A stretch of 64,000 nt of DNA from Pseudaminobacter sp. (GTDB lineage Bacteria > Pseudomonadota > Alphaproteobacteria > Rhizobiales > Rhizobiaceae), in NCBI GenBank assembly GCA_035941355.1, contig DASZDZ010000008.1, positions 16,388-80,387 on the forward strand. The letters run 5' to 3'. This document shows, in pieces, positions 9,997 through 17,948 of this stretch (its first letter is position 1; each line of letters starts with the position of its first letter). The position numbers and the translations under genes were made by a program. The notes under the pieces were generated by a model. It searched no databases and was not told the origin of the DNA. It was given only the letters and a program-made list of their open reading frames with translations.

Positions 9997-11755
9997 ATGC
10001 CGAACACTGCCGATATTCTCGTTGATACCTTGATAAAATGGAATGTCGACGTCGTCTTCGGCCTGCCCGGAGACGGCATCAACGGCATCATGGAGGCGTT
10101 GCGCACGCGTCAGGACCGCATCCGCTTCGTCCAGGTGCGGCATGAGGAATCCGCCGCGTTCATGGCCTGCGCCTACGCCAAATGGACCGGCAGGCTGGGC
10201 GTATGCCTGGCAACCTCCGGGCCGGGCGGAACCCATCTGCTCACCGGCCTCTACGACGCTAGGCTCGATCAGGCGCCGGTGCTCGCCATCACCGGCATGC
10301 AGTTCCACGATCTTATCGAAACCTTCACCCAGCAGGATGTGGACCTGACGCGCGTCTTCAATGATGTGACCGTCTTCAATGCGCAGGTTTCCGACGCGGT
10401 GCACATGGAAAACCTAGCTGGCCTCGCCTGCCGCTCGGCGTTGGCCGAACGCGGCGTCGCGCATTTGTCGATCGCCAGCGATGTGCAGGAACTGGCGCTC
10501 GACGAATCCCGGCGCTCGAAGCGCAACCGCCCCTCGCACACGCCGGACCAGTGGTTCGAAGGCGACAGGCTGCCGGATCCGGATGAGCTCGAAAAAGCCG
10601 CGGAAATCCTCAACAGCGCGAAGAAGGTTGCGATCCTCGCCGGCCAGGGCGCACGGAACGCCAGGCAGGAACTGGAGCGCGCCGCCGACCTGCTCGCAGC
10701 CCCGGTCGCCAAGGCGCTGCTCGGCAAGGCGGTGCTTCCCGACGATCATCCGCACACCACCGGCGGCATCGGCATTCTCGGCACGCTGCCCTCGCAGGAA
10801 GCGTTGAAGGAATGCGACGCACTGCTCATCGTCGGCTCGACCTTCCCCTACATCGAATACTATCCGGAGCCCGGCACGGCGCGCGTGGTGCAGATCGACC
10901 GCGACGCGCAGCGGATCGGGCTGCGCTGCCCGGTGGAAGCCGGGCTGGTCGGCGACGCCGGCCAGTCGCTTGCGCTCCTGAACGACAGGCTCGTCCGCAA
11001 GACCGATCGCGGCTTCCTCGAGAAGGCGCAAGGCGGGATGGCGCGCTGGCGGGAGATGATGGCGCTGTCGGAAAGCAGGGCCGATGTGCCCATGAAGCCG
11101 CAGGTCGTGGTCAAGGCGTTCGGACGCCGCATGCCGGACAATGCCATCCTGACCACAGATTCCGGCCAGAACACCGAACTCGCCGCCCGCCACATAGATC
11201 TCCGTGCCGGCCAGGAGTTCGGCGTTTCGGGCGCGCTGGCCTCGATGGCCTGCGGTCTGCCCTACGCGATTGCCGCCGGCATCGCATTTCCCGGTAGGCC
11301 GATATTTTCCGTCGTCGGCGACGGCGGCTTCGCCATGCAGCTCGGCGAATTCTCGACCGCCGTGCGTTACGGCATCCCGCTCAAGCTGCTGGTGCTGAAA
11401 AACGGCATGCTCAACCAGATCGCCTGGGAGCAGATGATGTTTTTGGGCAATCCCCAGTTCGGCTGCGAATTGCAGCCCATCGACTTCGCGATGGCCGCCG
11501 AAGCCATGGGCGGCATCGGCCTCAGCGTTTCCCGCCCCGACGAGGTTGAAGGCGTTCTCGACGCCACCTTCGCGGCCGAGGGCCCGGTGGATCGAGGCCG
11601 TCGTCGACGCCTACGAGCCGATGATGCCGCCGAAAATGCCGCCGGATTACCGGAAGAACTTCCGCAAGGCGCTGCCGAAGACGCCGGGGCGCGAGCGGAT
11701 CGAGGAGAATGTGAGCCAGGAGCCGCACAGCACGATGATGGCGGGCGGCTCCTAA
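9997..11755 (+). pseudogene. thiamine-pyrophosphate enzyme (PoxB/acetolactate-synthase-like), frame broken near 11589
   Basis: MPNTADILVDTLIKWNVDVVFGLPGDGINGIMEAL...GDGGFAMQLGEFSTAVRYGIPLKLLVLKNG...AAEGPV runs in frame 0. The conserved C-terminus IEAVVDAYEPMMPPKMPPDYRKNF...* continues in another frame (ORF 11546..11755). A single missing base at about 11589-11590 reconciles the two. Confidence 0.8.
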
Positions 11756-11773
11756 CATTCGGGAGAAACAGCC

Positions 11774-13771
11774 ATGCTCGACCTGTCGAAGGCGCGCGAC
11801 CGCATGGTGGACATCCACCTGGCCCGTCGCGGCGTACGCGACCGGAACGTGCTCGACGCCATGCGCGAGGTGCCGCGCGAAAAATTCGTCGACCCCGGCT
11901 TCGAGGAATTCGCCTACGAGGACGGCGCACTGCCGATCGGCCAGAGCCAAACCATCTCGCAGCCTTACATCGTCGCGCTGATGATCGAGGCGGCCGAGGT
12001 GAAGCCCGCCGACAAGGTGCTCGAGGTAGGCGCCGGCTCCGGCTACGCCGCCGCCGTGATGAGCCGTATTGCGAAGAAGGTCTACGCCATCGAGCGGCAT
12101 GCCGCACTTGCCGAAGCCGCGAGGCAGCGGTTCGACAGGCTAGGCTACGCCAATATCGAACTTCGTGTCGGCGACGGCACGAAGGGTTGGCTCGAGGCAG
12201 CGCCCTTCGACGCCATACTGGTCGCGGCCGCCGGCCCGTCGACGCCGCAGGCGCTGAAGGACCAGGTCGACGTCGGCGGCAGGCTGGTCATCCCGGTCGG
12301 CGAGGAACCGCGCAACCAACGCCTGCTCAAGATCACCCGCACCGGCGGCACGACTTTCGAGGAGGAGGATCTCGGCGCCGTCATGTTCGTGCCGCTGGTC
12401 GGCGAACAGGGCTGGGCAGAAAACGGCAGCCGCTCCGCCACCAACCATCTGCCCGGCCATGCCGCCGGTCGCAGCCTGCCGGAGATGATCGCGGCCGCCG
12501 CCGAGCGCCTGCCCGGCTTCGAAGATCCGGCCTTCGGCCGGCTCTTCGACCGCTTCGCCGACCGCCGCGTCGTCCTTCTTGGCGAGGCGAGCCACGGCAC
12601 CTCGGAATTCTACCGCGCCCGCGCAACCATCACCCGCCATCTGATCGAGAAGCACGGCTTCACCATCGTCGCCGTCGAGGCGGACTGGCCGGACGCCGCC
12701 GCCGTGGACGGCTATGTGCGCCACCGGCCGGCAAGGGAGCGCGCCGAACTCCTCCCCTTCCAGCGCTTCCCCACTTGGATGTGGCGCAACACCGATGTCG
12801 CCGCCTTCACCGACTGGATGCGCCAGCACAATGAGGCCGTCGCCGACCCCGAGCGCCAGGCCGGCTTCTACGGTTTGGACATCTACAATATGCGCAGCTC
12901 GATCGCCGCGGTGCTGGCCTATCTCGACAAGGTGGATCCGGAAGCAGCCGCGGTCGCCCGCGAGCGCTATGGCTGCCTCACACCTTGGCAGAGGGAGCCG
13001 TCCACCTACGGGCGCGCGGTGCTCACCGCCGGCTACCGCAAATGCGAGCAGGCGGTCATCGATCAGTGCCGTGAGCTTCTGAAAAACCGACTCGAATACA
13101 CATTGCAGGACGGCGAGAGCTTCCTCGACGCTGCTCAGAACGCGCGTCTGGTCGCCTCGGCCGAGCGCTACTACCGCATCATGTATTATGGCGGCGCCGA
13201 ATCCTGGAACCTGCGCGACACCCACATGTTCGAGACGCTGGAACACCTGCTCGAAGCGCGTGGGCCGCAGTCCAAGGCAGTGGTCTGGGCGCACAATTCT
13301 CATATCGGCGATGCCCGCCACACCGACATGGGGGCGATGCGCGACGAGTTGAACATCGGCCAGCTCTGCCGCGAACGCTTTGGCGACCAGGCGGCGCTGA
13401 TCGGTTTCGGCACGCACACCGGCACGGTGGCGGCCGCCACCGACTGGGACGGCGACATGGAGATTAAGCGGGTCCGGCCCTCGCACCGCGACAGCTATGA
13501 GCGGCTCTGCCACGACGCCGGCGTAGCGCGCTTCCTGCTCGATCTCGGCCGCGACGAAGCGCTGCGCCGACGCCTGCTGGAGCCCCGGCTGGAGCGCTTC
13601 ATCGGCGTCATCTACCGGCCAGATTCCGAGCTGATGAGCCATTATGCCGACGCCTCGCTGCCGCAGCAGTTCGACGCCTTCGTCTGGTTCGACGAGACCC
13701 AGGCGGTGACGCCGCTCGGGCCGGAGCACGTCAAGCCTGGCGTTCCCGACACCTACCCATTCGGGCTATAG
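11774..13771 (+). CDS. protein-L-isoaspartate O-methyltransferase fused to an erythromycin-esterase-like domain
   Basis: N-terminal about 215 aa is Pcm (..QTISQPYIVALMIEAAEVKPADKVLEVGAGSGYAAAVMS..GRLVIPVG..). The C-terminal about 430 aa has erythromycin-esterase family motifs (..LLGEASHGTSEFYRARATITRHLIEKHGFTIVAVEADWPDA.., ..VVWAHNSHIGDARHTDM..). RBS GGGAGA precedes the ATG. Confidence 0.85.
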   Translation: MLDLSKARDRMVDIHLARRGVRDRNVLDAMREVPREKFVDPGFEEFAYEDGALPIGQSQTISQPYIVALMIEAAEVKPADKVLEVGAGSGYAAAVMSRIAKKVYAIERHAALAEAARQRFDRLGYANIELRVGDGTKGWLEAAPFDAILVAAAGPSTPQALKDQVDVGGRLVIPVGEEPRNQRLLKITRTGGTTFEEEDLGAVMFVPLVGEQGWAENGSRSATNHLPGHAAGRSLPEMIAAAAERLPGFEDPAFGRLFDRFADRRVVLLGEASHGTSEFYRARATITRHLIEKHGFTIVAVEADWPDAAAVDGYVRHRPARERAELLPFQRFPTWMWRNTDVAAFTDWMRQHNEAVADPERQAGFYGLDIYNMRSSIAAVLAYLDKVDPEAAAVARERYGCLTPWQREPSTYGRAVLTAGYRKCEQAVIDQCRELLKNRLEYTLQDGESFLDAAQNARLVASAERYYRIMYYGGAESWNLRDTHMFETLEHLLEARGPQSKAVVWAHNSHIGDARHTDMGAMRDELNIGQLCRERFGDQAALIGFGTHTGTVAAATDWDGDMEIKRVRPSHRDSYERLCHDAGVARFLLDLGRDEALRRRLLEPRLERFIGVIYRPDSELMSHYADASLPQQFDAFVWFDETQAVTPLGPEHVKPGVPDTYPFGL

Positions 13772-13775
13772 TCAA

Positions 13776-14693
13776 ATGCTTCGCGAGGTCGACTACGTCC
13801 TCGCCAAGCTCGACTGGATGCGGGCCGAACGTATCTGGCCGAACGGCCTGCGCTATCTCTGGACCGACGCCTTCGGCGTCGTCCTCTACGTCTCGCTCTA
13901 CCGCGAACTTGGGGAGGAGCGCTGGCTTGCCGAGGCCGAGCGGCTGGTGGCCGATGTCGAGCGCGTGCTCGGCCGGCCGCGCGGGCTCCGCATTGGCGAG
14001 GCGGCGGACCGCGACGGCCAGTATTTCCACTATCTCGCAATGTGGCTGTTCGCCCTGGCTCGGCTCGGCGACATCAAGCCCGAATATCGGCAGCGCGGCG
14101 TAGCACTCGCACGCGACATCCACCCGGCATTCGTGGTCCCCGGCCACGGCGTGATCTGGAAGATGGCGGAGGATTTGAGCGCGCCTTACCCCGGCTATGG
14201 GCTCGGCGCGATGGACGCCTATGACGGCTACGTCTCCTACCGCCTGCTCGACGAGGAAGCGCTCGCGCCGGAGATCGCCGAAATGAAGGCGCTGATGGAG
14301 CGCGACTGGCGCACGCTGGAGATCGACCAGGATCTCGGCCTCGGCATGATGCTCTGGCTCGCCCATTTCTTTCCCGGCGAATCCTGGGCCGAGGCGCAGA
14401 CCGAGCAGTCTCTGAACACGCTCGACACTATGTGGGTCGACCCGCTGGGCTATTTCTGCCGCGCGCCCTGGCTGCGCGGCACGAAGATCGCCTTCACCAA
14501 TTACGGCGTCTCGCTCGGCCTGCAGGCCGCAGGCGTCTGGCCGGAGCGAGTCGATCGGCTGCACGCCTTCTTCGAGGATTGGCGCTCGGGCGACGAATAC
14601 GACCGCGAGGCAATCACCTGGGTAATGGCCTGCACAGCGCATCTGCCGGGCGCGTTCATCTGCGGAAGCCGCGACGGCCCAGACGGCGGATAG
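13776..14693 (+). CDS. hypothetical protein, translationally coupled to the Pcm fusion
   Basis: 305-aa ORF starting 4 nt after the upstream stop. Composition is coding-like (W/Y/F-rich, e.g. LRYLWTDAFGVVLYVSLY, QYFHYLAMWLFALARLG). I do not recognise a family. Confidence 0.6.
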   Translation: MLREVDYVLAKLDWMRAERIWPNGLRYLWTDAFGVVLYVSLYRELGEERWLAEAERLVADVERVLGRPRGLRIGEAADRDGQYFHYLAMWLFALARLGDIKPEYRQRGVALARDIHPAFVVPGHGVIWKMAEDLSAPYPGYGLGAMDAYDGYVSYRLLDEEALAPEIAEMKALMERDWRTLEIDQDLGLGMMLWLAHFFPGESWAEAQTEQSLNTLDTMWVDPLGYFCRAPWLRGTKIAFTNYGVSLGLQAAGVWPERVDRLHAFFEDWRSGDEYDREAITWVMACTAHLPGAFICGSRDGPDGG

Positions 14694-14695
14694 TG

Positions 14696-14721
14696 GGAAT
14701 AGCTCTCCCCTCCCGGACGTT
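14696..14721 (+). promoter_or_regulatory. EcfG-type promoter candidate
   Basis: GGAAT-N17-CGTT, ending about 33 nt upstream of ATG 14755. Confidence 0.45.
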
Positions 14722-14754
14722 TGTTGCAGACAATCCTTTCGTCAGGAGGAAGCC

Positions 14755-15210
14755 ATGAAAAGCTATCCGAGCGCGCTCGCCATGCTGGGCGGAATGCTGC
14801 TGCTTGCACCCGCTCCGGCGCTCGCCCAGGACGCCGCCACCGTCAAAGTCGCCGAAAGCGGCGAACACGGCAAATACGTTGCCGATGCCGACGGCCGATC
14901 GCTCTATCTGTTCGAATCCGACACGAGGGCAGAAGGCGACGCCAAGGCGCAAATTTCCTGCAAGGACAAGTGTCTGGAGCGCTGGCCGCCCTTCTATTCC
15001 GAGGGCGAGCCGAAGGCCGGCGACATGGCGGACGCAGCCAAGCTCGGCACAGTCGAGCACGACGGCAAGATGGTGGTCACCTACAATGGCTGGCCGCTCT
15101 ACTACTTCGTCGACGACAAGGCTCCCGGCGATACTAAGGGCCACGACATCGAGGAGTTCGGCGCCGAATGGTACCTCGTCACGCCGGAAGGCGAAAAGGC
15201 CGAGGGCTGA
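14755..15210 (+). CDS. secreted protein with duplicated Yx(FWY)xxD motif (COG4315/Lipoprotein_15-like)
   Basis: Signal peptide MKSYPSALAMLGGMLLLAPAPALA plus two repeats, GRSLYLFESD and GWPLYYFVDD. RBS AGGAGGAAG. Confidence 0.8.
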   Translation: MKSYPSALAMLGGMLLLAPAPALAQDAATVKVAESGEHGKYVADADGRSLYLFESDTRAEGDAKAQISCKDKCLERWPPFYSEGEPKAGDMADAAKLGTVEHDGKMVVTYNGWPLYYFVDDKAPGDTKGHDIEEFGAEWYLVTPEGEKAEG

Positions 15211-15214
15211 GCGC

Positions 15215-15239
15215 GGAACATTCCGGAGCCGCCGCAGTT
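15215..15239 (+). promoter_or_regulatory. EcfG-type promoter candidate
   Basis: GGAAC-N16-AGTT, ending about 26 nt upstream of ATG 15266. Confidence 0.4.
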
Positions 15240-15265
15240 GGTCGGGCAGTTCAGGGAGGTGCCCC

Positions 15266-16741
15266 ATGCCTGCGCTCCCAGGGAAGTCCGGAAGCTGCTG
15301 GACCGCAACGGCGCGTCCGACTGAATATCCTGCGCTCGAAGGCGCCATCCATGCCGAGACGGTGGTGGTCGGCGCCGGCATTGTCGGCCTCACGATGGCG
15401 CTCCGCCTTTGCGAGGAAGGCTGCGAGGTCGTGGTGCTGGAAGGACTTCGCGTCGGCGGCCAGGTGACTGGCCGCTCGACCGCCAAGATCACGACGCAGC
15501 ACGCGCTGATTTATCGGCATCTGATCGACACACTCGGCATCGACCTTGCCCAGAACTATGCCGACGCCAATCGCGCCGGCGCCTCCCAGATCCGGGAATG
15601 GGCGCTCGCCTTCGACATCGGCTGCGACCTCGAAGAGAAGCCTGCCTACACTTATGCGCAGAGCCCCGCGCGACGCGGCGAGATCGAGGCGGAAGCGGAG
15701 GCCGCGCGCCGGCTCGGGCTTGACGCCGATGTTCTCGACCGCGCGCCGCTCCCATTCGACACCGCCGGCGCGCTGCTCTTTCCCGACCAGGCGCAGTTCA
15801 ATCCGGCCATGTACCTGACCGGGCTGGCCGAGGCCGTCGTCGCCCGCGGCGGCCGCATCTTCGAGCAAAGCCGCGCGCGGCACATCAGCGAGGCGAGCCG
15901 CTGGCGCGCCGTCACGGACCACGGAACGGTGCATGCCGAGCACGTGGTGGTGGCCACCAACATGACAATCAAGAGCCCGGTCGGCATGGCCAACCGGACG
16001 CAGCCGCGAAGCCACGTCGCAATGGCCTTCCGCGTGGACGATCCCCTGGCCGTCGACGGCATGTTCATCGGCATCGATGACCCGACGCGCTCGATCCGCA
16101 TGGGACGCGATGCCGAAGGTCCGCTGCTGGTGGCGCTCGGCCCGAAATTCAACACCGGCCAAGACGGCGACGTGGCGAGGCGCTTCGTTGAGTTGGATAA
16201 TTGGGCTAGAGCGAATCTTCCTGTCGGCGAAGCCGTCTGGCGCTGGTGCAACGAGGATTACGACACGCCCGACCGCGTGCCCTATGCCGGCACGCCGGAA
16301 CCCGAGAAGGCGCCCGGCTTCCACGTCGCCACCGGCTTCAACGCCTGGGGCATCAGCAACGGCACGGCGGCCGGCATGATGATCGCGGAACTCGTCCGCG
16401 GCCAGTCCAGTCACTGGCAAAAGCTATACGACCCGGCTCGGCCCTATCCGGAAGATTTCCACAAGAACGGCGACAGCCAGTCGGTCGTGGCAAGCGCGGA
16501 AGACATTGCCCCGGGCGAAGGCGGTGTCATCGTGCGCGGCGAGAAGAAGATCGCCGCCTGGCGCGACGAAAGCGGAGAGCTTCATGCCGTTTCGGCTGCC
16601 TGCACCCACAAGGGCTGCACCGTGACCCGGAACAATGCCGAGAGAACCTGGGATTGCCCATGCCACGGCTCAATCTTCGCTGCCGACGGGTCCGTCATCC
16701 ACGGCCCCGCCCGCAAACCGCTGCAGCCGGCGGACCTGTGA
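15266..16741 (+). CDS. FAD-dependent oxidoreductase with C-terminal Rieske [2Fe-2S] domain
   Basis: Internal ATG 15266 preceded by AGGGAGG. Dinucleotide fold VVVGAGIVGLTMALRL.EEG..VVVLE. C-terminal Rieske box CTHKGCTV...CPCHGSIF. Confidence 0.85.
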   Translation: MPALPGKSGSCWTATARPTEYPALEGAIHAETVVVGAGIVGLTMALRLCEEGCEVVVLEGLRVGGQVTGRSTAKITTQHALIYRHLIDTLGIDLAQNYADANRAGASQIREWALAFDIGCDLEEKPAYTYAQSPARRGEIEAEAEAARRLGLDADVLDRAPLPFDTAGALLFPDQAQFNPAMYLTGLAEAVVARGGRIFEQSRARHISEASRWRAVTDHGTVHAEHVVVATNMTIKSPVGMANRTQPRSHVAMAFRVDDPLAVDGMFIGIDDPTRSIRMGRDAEGPLLVALGPKFNTGQDGDVARRFVELDNWARANLPVGEAVWRWCNEDYDTPDRVPYAGTPEPEKAPGFHVATGFNAWGISNGTAAGMMIAELVRGQSSHWQKLYDPARPYPEDFHKNGDSQSVVASAEDIAPGEGGVIVRGEKKIAAWRDESGELHAVSAACTHKGCTVTRNNAERTWDCPCHGSIFAADGSVIHGPARKPLQPADL

Positions 16742-16754
16742 TCCGCTTGAGCGC

Positions 16755-17195
16755 TCAGTGTACGTTCTCGCGCGGCTCGGCCACGCGCCTGATGTCGGCG
16801 GGCAGAGCCTCGAATATCTTGGCGGCCTGCCCTTCCCCGACATGCTTGGCCAGAACCCGGCAGACGACGCGTAGCGCATCCCCCGAATCCACCGGCCGGG
16901 TGAACTGCATATCTTCTTTGATCTTGGCCAAGAATTCATCGAGCGAGCGAATCTTGTCGGGCGTCGTCGATGGCTTGTAGCGGTCGAAATAGGCGCCACG
17001 CACGAGCAGCGGCAATTGCGAGCCCAGATGCGCCGCAAGGTCGGGCTGTACCCTGTCCCGCACGGCCCGCAGCACCGAGCCGAGCATATGCCATGCGAGC
17101 TGGCGGTCGGGATCCATCTCCTCCATGATCTCGTCGAGCCAGATATTCGTGGTCTGCAGCGTCTTGTCGAATACGTCCAATCCGGTGGCGCTCAT
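16755..17195 (-). CDS. DUF2267 domain-containing protein
   Basis: MSATGLDVFDKTLQTTNIWLDEIMEEM..DRQLAWHMLGSVLRAVRDRV..AAHLGSQLPLLVRGAYFDRYKP matches the DUF2267 pattern. ATG 17195 preceded by AGGAGG. Confidence 0.85.
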   Translation of the reverse strand: MSATGLDVFDKTLQTTNIWLDEIMEEMDPDRQLAWHMLGSVLRAVRDRVQPDLAAHLGSQLPLLVRGAYFDRYKPSTTPDKIRSLDEFLAKIKEDMQFTRPVDSGDALRVVCRVLAKHVGEGQAAKIFEALPADIRRVAEPRENVH

Positions 17196-17236
17196 CGCTA
17201 CCTCCTGTTTTCCTGCGCTTGGCGGTGTGCCTGAAA

Positions 17237-17262
17237 AACAGGGCCAAACGGCCAATGGTTCC
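17237..17262 (-). promoter_or_regulatory. EcfG-type promoter candidate
   Basis: Minus strand GGAAC-N17-TGTT, about 40 nt upstream of ATG 17195. Confidence 0.45.
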
Positions 17263-17272
17263 CAAAAATCGA

Positions 17273-17851
17273 TTACGATTCGCGCGTTTCGACCGGGCGC
17301 ACCTTGGCAGCGGTCGGGCCGGTGTCGCCCATGTCCTCGACATAATGCACGTCGTCACCTCGCTTGAGGCTGTCGAAGTCGCCGCTGAGCAGGCTGTTGC
17401 GGTGGAAGTAGAGCAGCGAGCCCTCCTTGGTCATCAGGAAGCCGTGGTCCTCTTCGGGGTGCATCTCGGCCACCTGGCCGAGGAACTGGTTCGTCCCGTC
17501 ATGATAATCCGCGGTCGCGCCGCCCTCGCGCTGCCGCTTGAATTCGACGATCTGCCGCTCGGCGGCGTCGAAAGCGTCGGAAATGGCGTTGCGCAGGTCC
17601 GGGTTCTGGAACTTCTGCAGCAAACGCTCGGGCTCGTAGGCGACCACCAGATCCTTGGCGCCGGGCACGCTCATCTCGATGCGGACCACGGGCGGCGTCC
17701 GCCTCTTGTCGGCGCGCTGGTCGACCCGCACGCGACAGCCAACCAGCCCGCTGTAGAGCTTTTTCAGCTTATCCACCCGCGAGCGTATCTCCCTTTCGGC
17801 GGAGTCGGATTTATCGATCTTGTGGAAGGCGATTTCGAGAGGAATTTGCAT
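17273..17851 (-). CDS. HPF/RaiA-like ribosome-associated domain fused to a cold-shock-like domain
   Basis: N-terminus MQIPLEIAFHKIDKSDSAEREIRSRVDKLKKLY..CRVRVD resembles sigma-54 modulation/S30EA family proteins. C-terminus GQVAEMHPEEDHGFLMTKEGSLLYFHRNSL is cold-shock-domain-like. Start chosen at internal ATG 17851. Confidence 0.7.
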   Translation of the reverse strand: MQIPLEIAFHKIDKSDSAEREIRSRVDKLKKLYSGLVGCRVRVDQRADKRRTPPVVRIEMSVPGAKDLVVAYEPERLLQKFQNPDLRNAISDAFDAAERQIVEFKRQREGGATADYHDGTNQFLGQVAEMHPEEDHGFLMTKEGSLLYFHRNSLLSGDFDSLKRGDDVHYVEDMGDTGPTAAKVRPVETRES

Positions 17852-17896
17852 CGGATTGCTCACTGATGATAACCGCTTCGCGGGCGGCAATCTGCC

Positions 17897-17922
17897 AACG
17901 CCGCGGCCGGATGAATCGTTCC
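17897..17922 (-). promoter_or_regulatory. EcfG-type promoter, perfect consensus
   Basis: Minus strand GGAAC-N17-CGTT, about 45 nt upstream of ATG 17851. Confidence 0.6.
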
Positions 17923-17948
17923 GAATGTCGAACCGTCCGCGGGCCCGG

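Noticed and set aside
9652-12834. 1060-aa ORF, the longest in the track
   Set aside because: Only residues from ATG 9997 to about 11588 look like a real protein (the TPP enzyme). After the frameshift, the sequence becomes Arg/Ala/Gly/Pro-rich low-complexity read-through in an alternative frame across the genuine pcm-fusion gene. The first 115 codons overlap the opposite-strand small gene and its promoter.
12140-13729. 529-aa ORF antisense to the Pcm/esterase fusion
   Set aside because: Same reasoning as for the rpoD antisense ORF. It has no motifs, and the sense strand carries clear family signatures.
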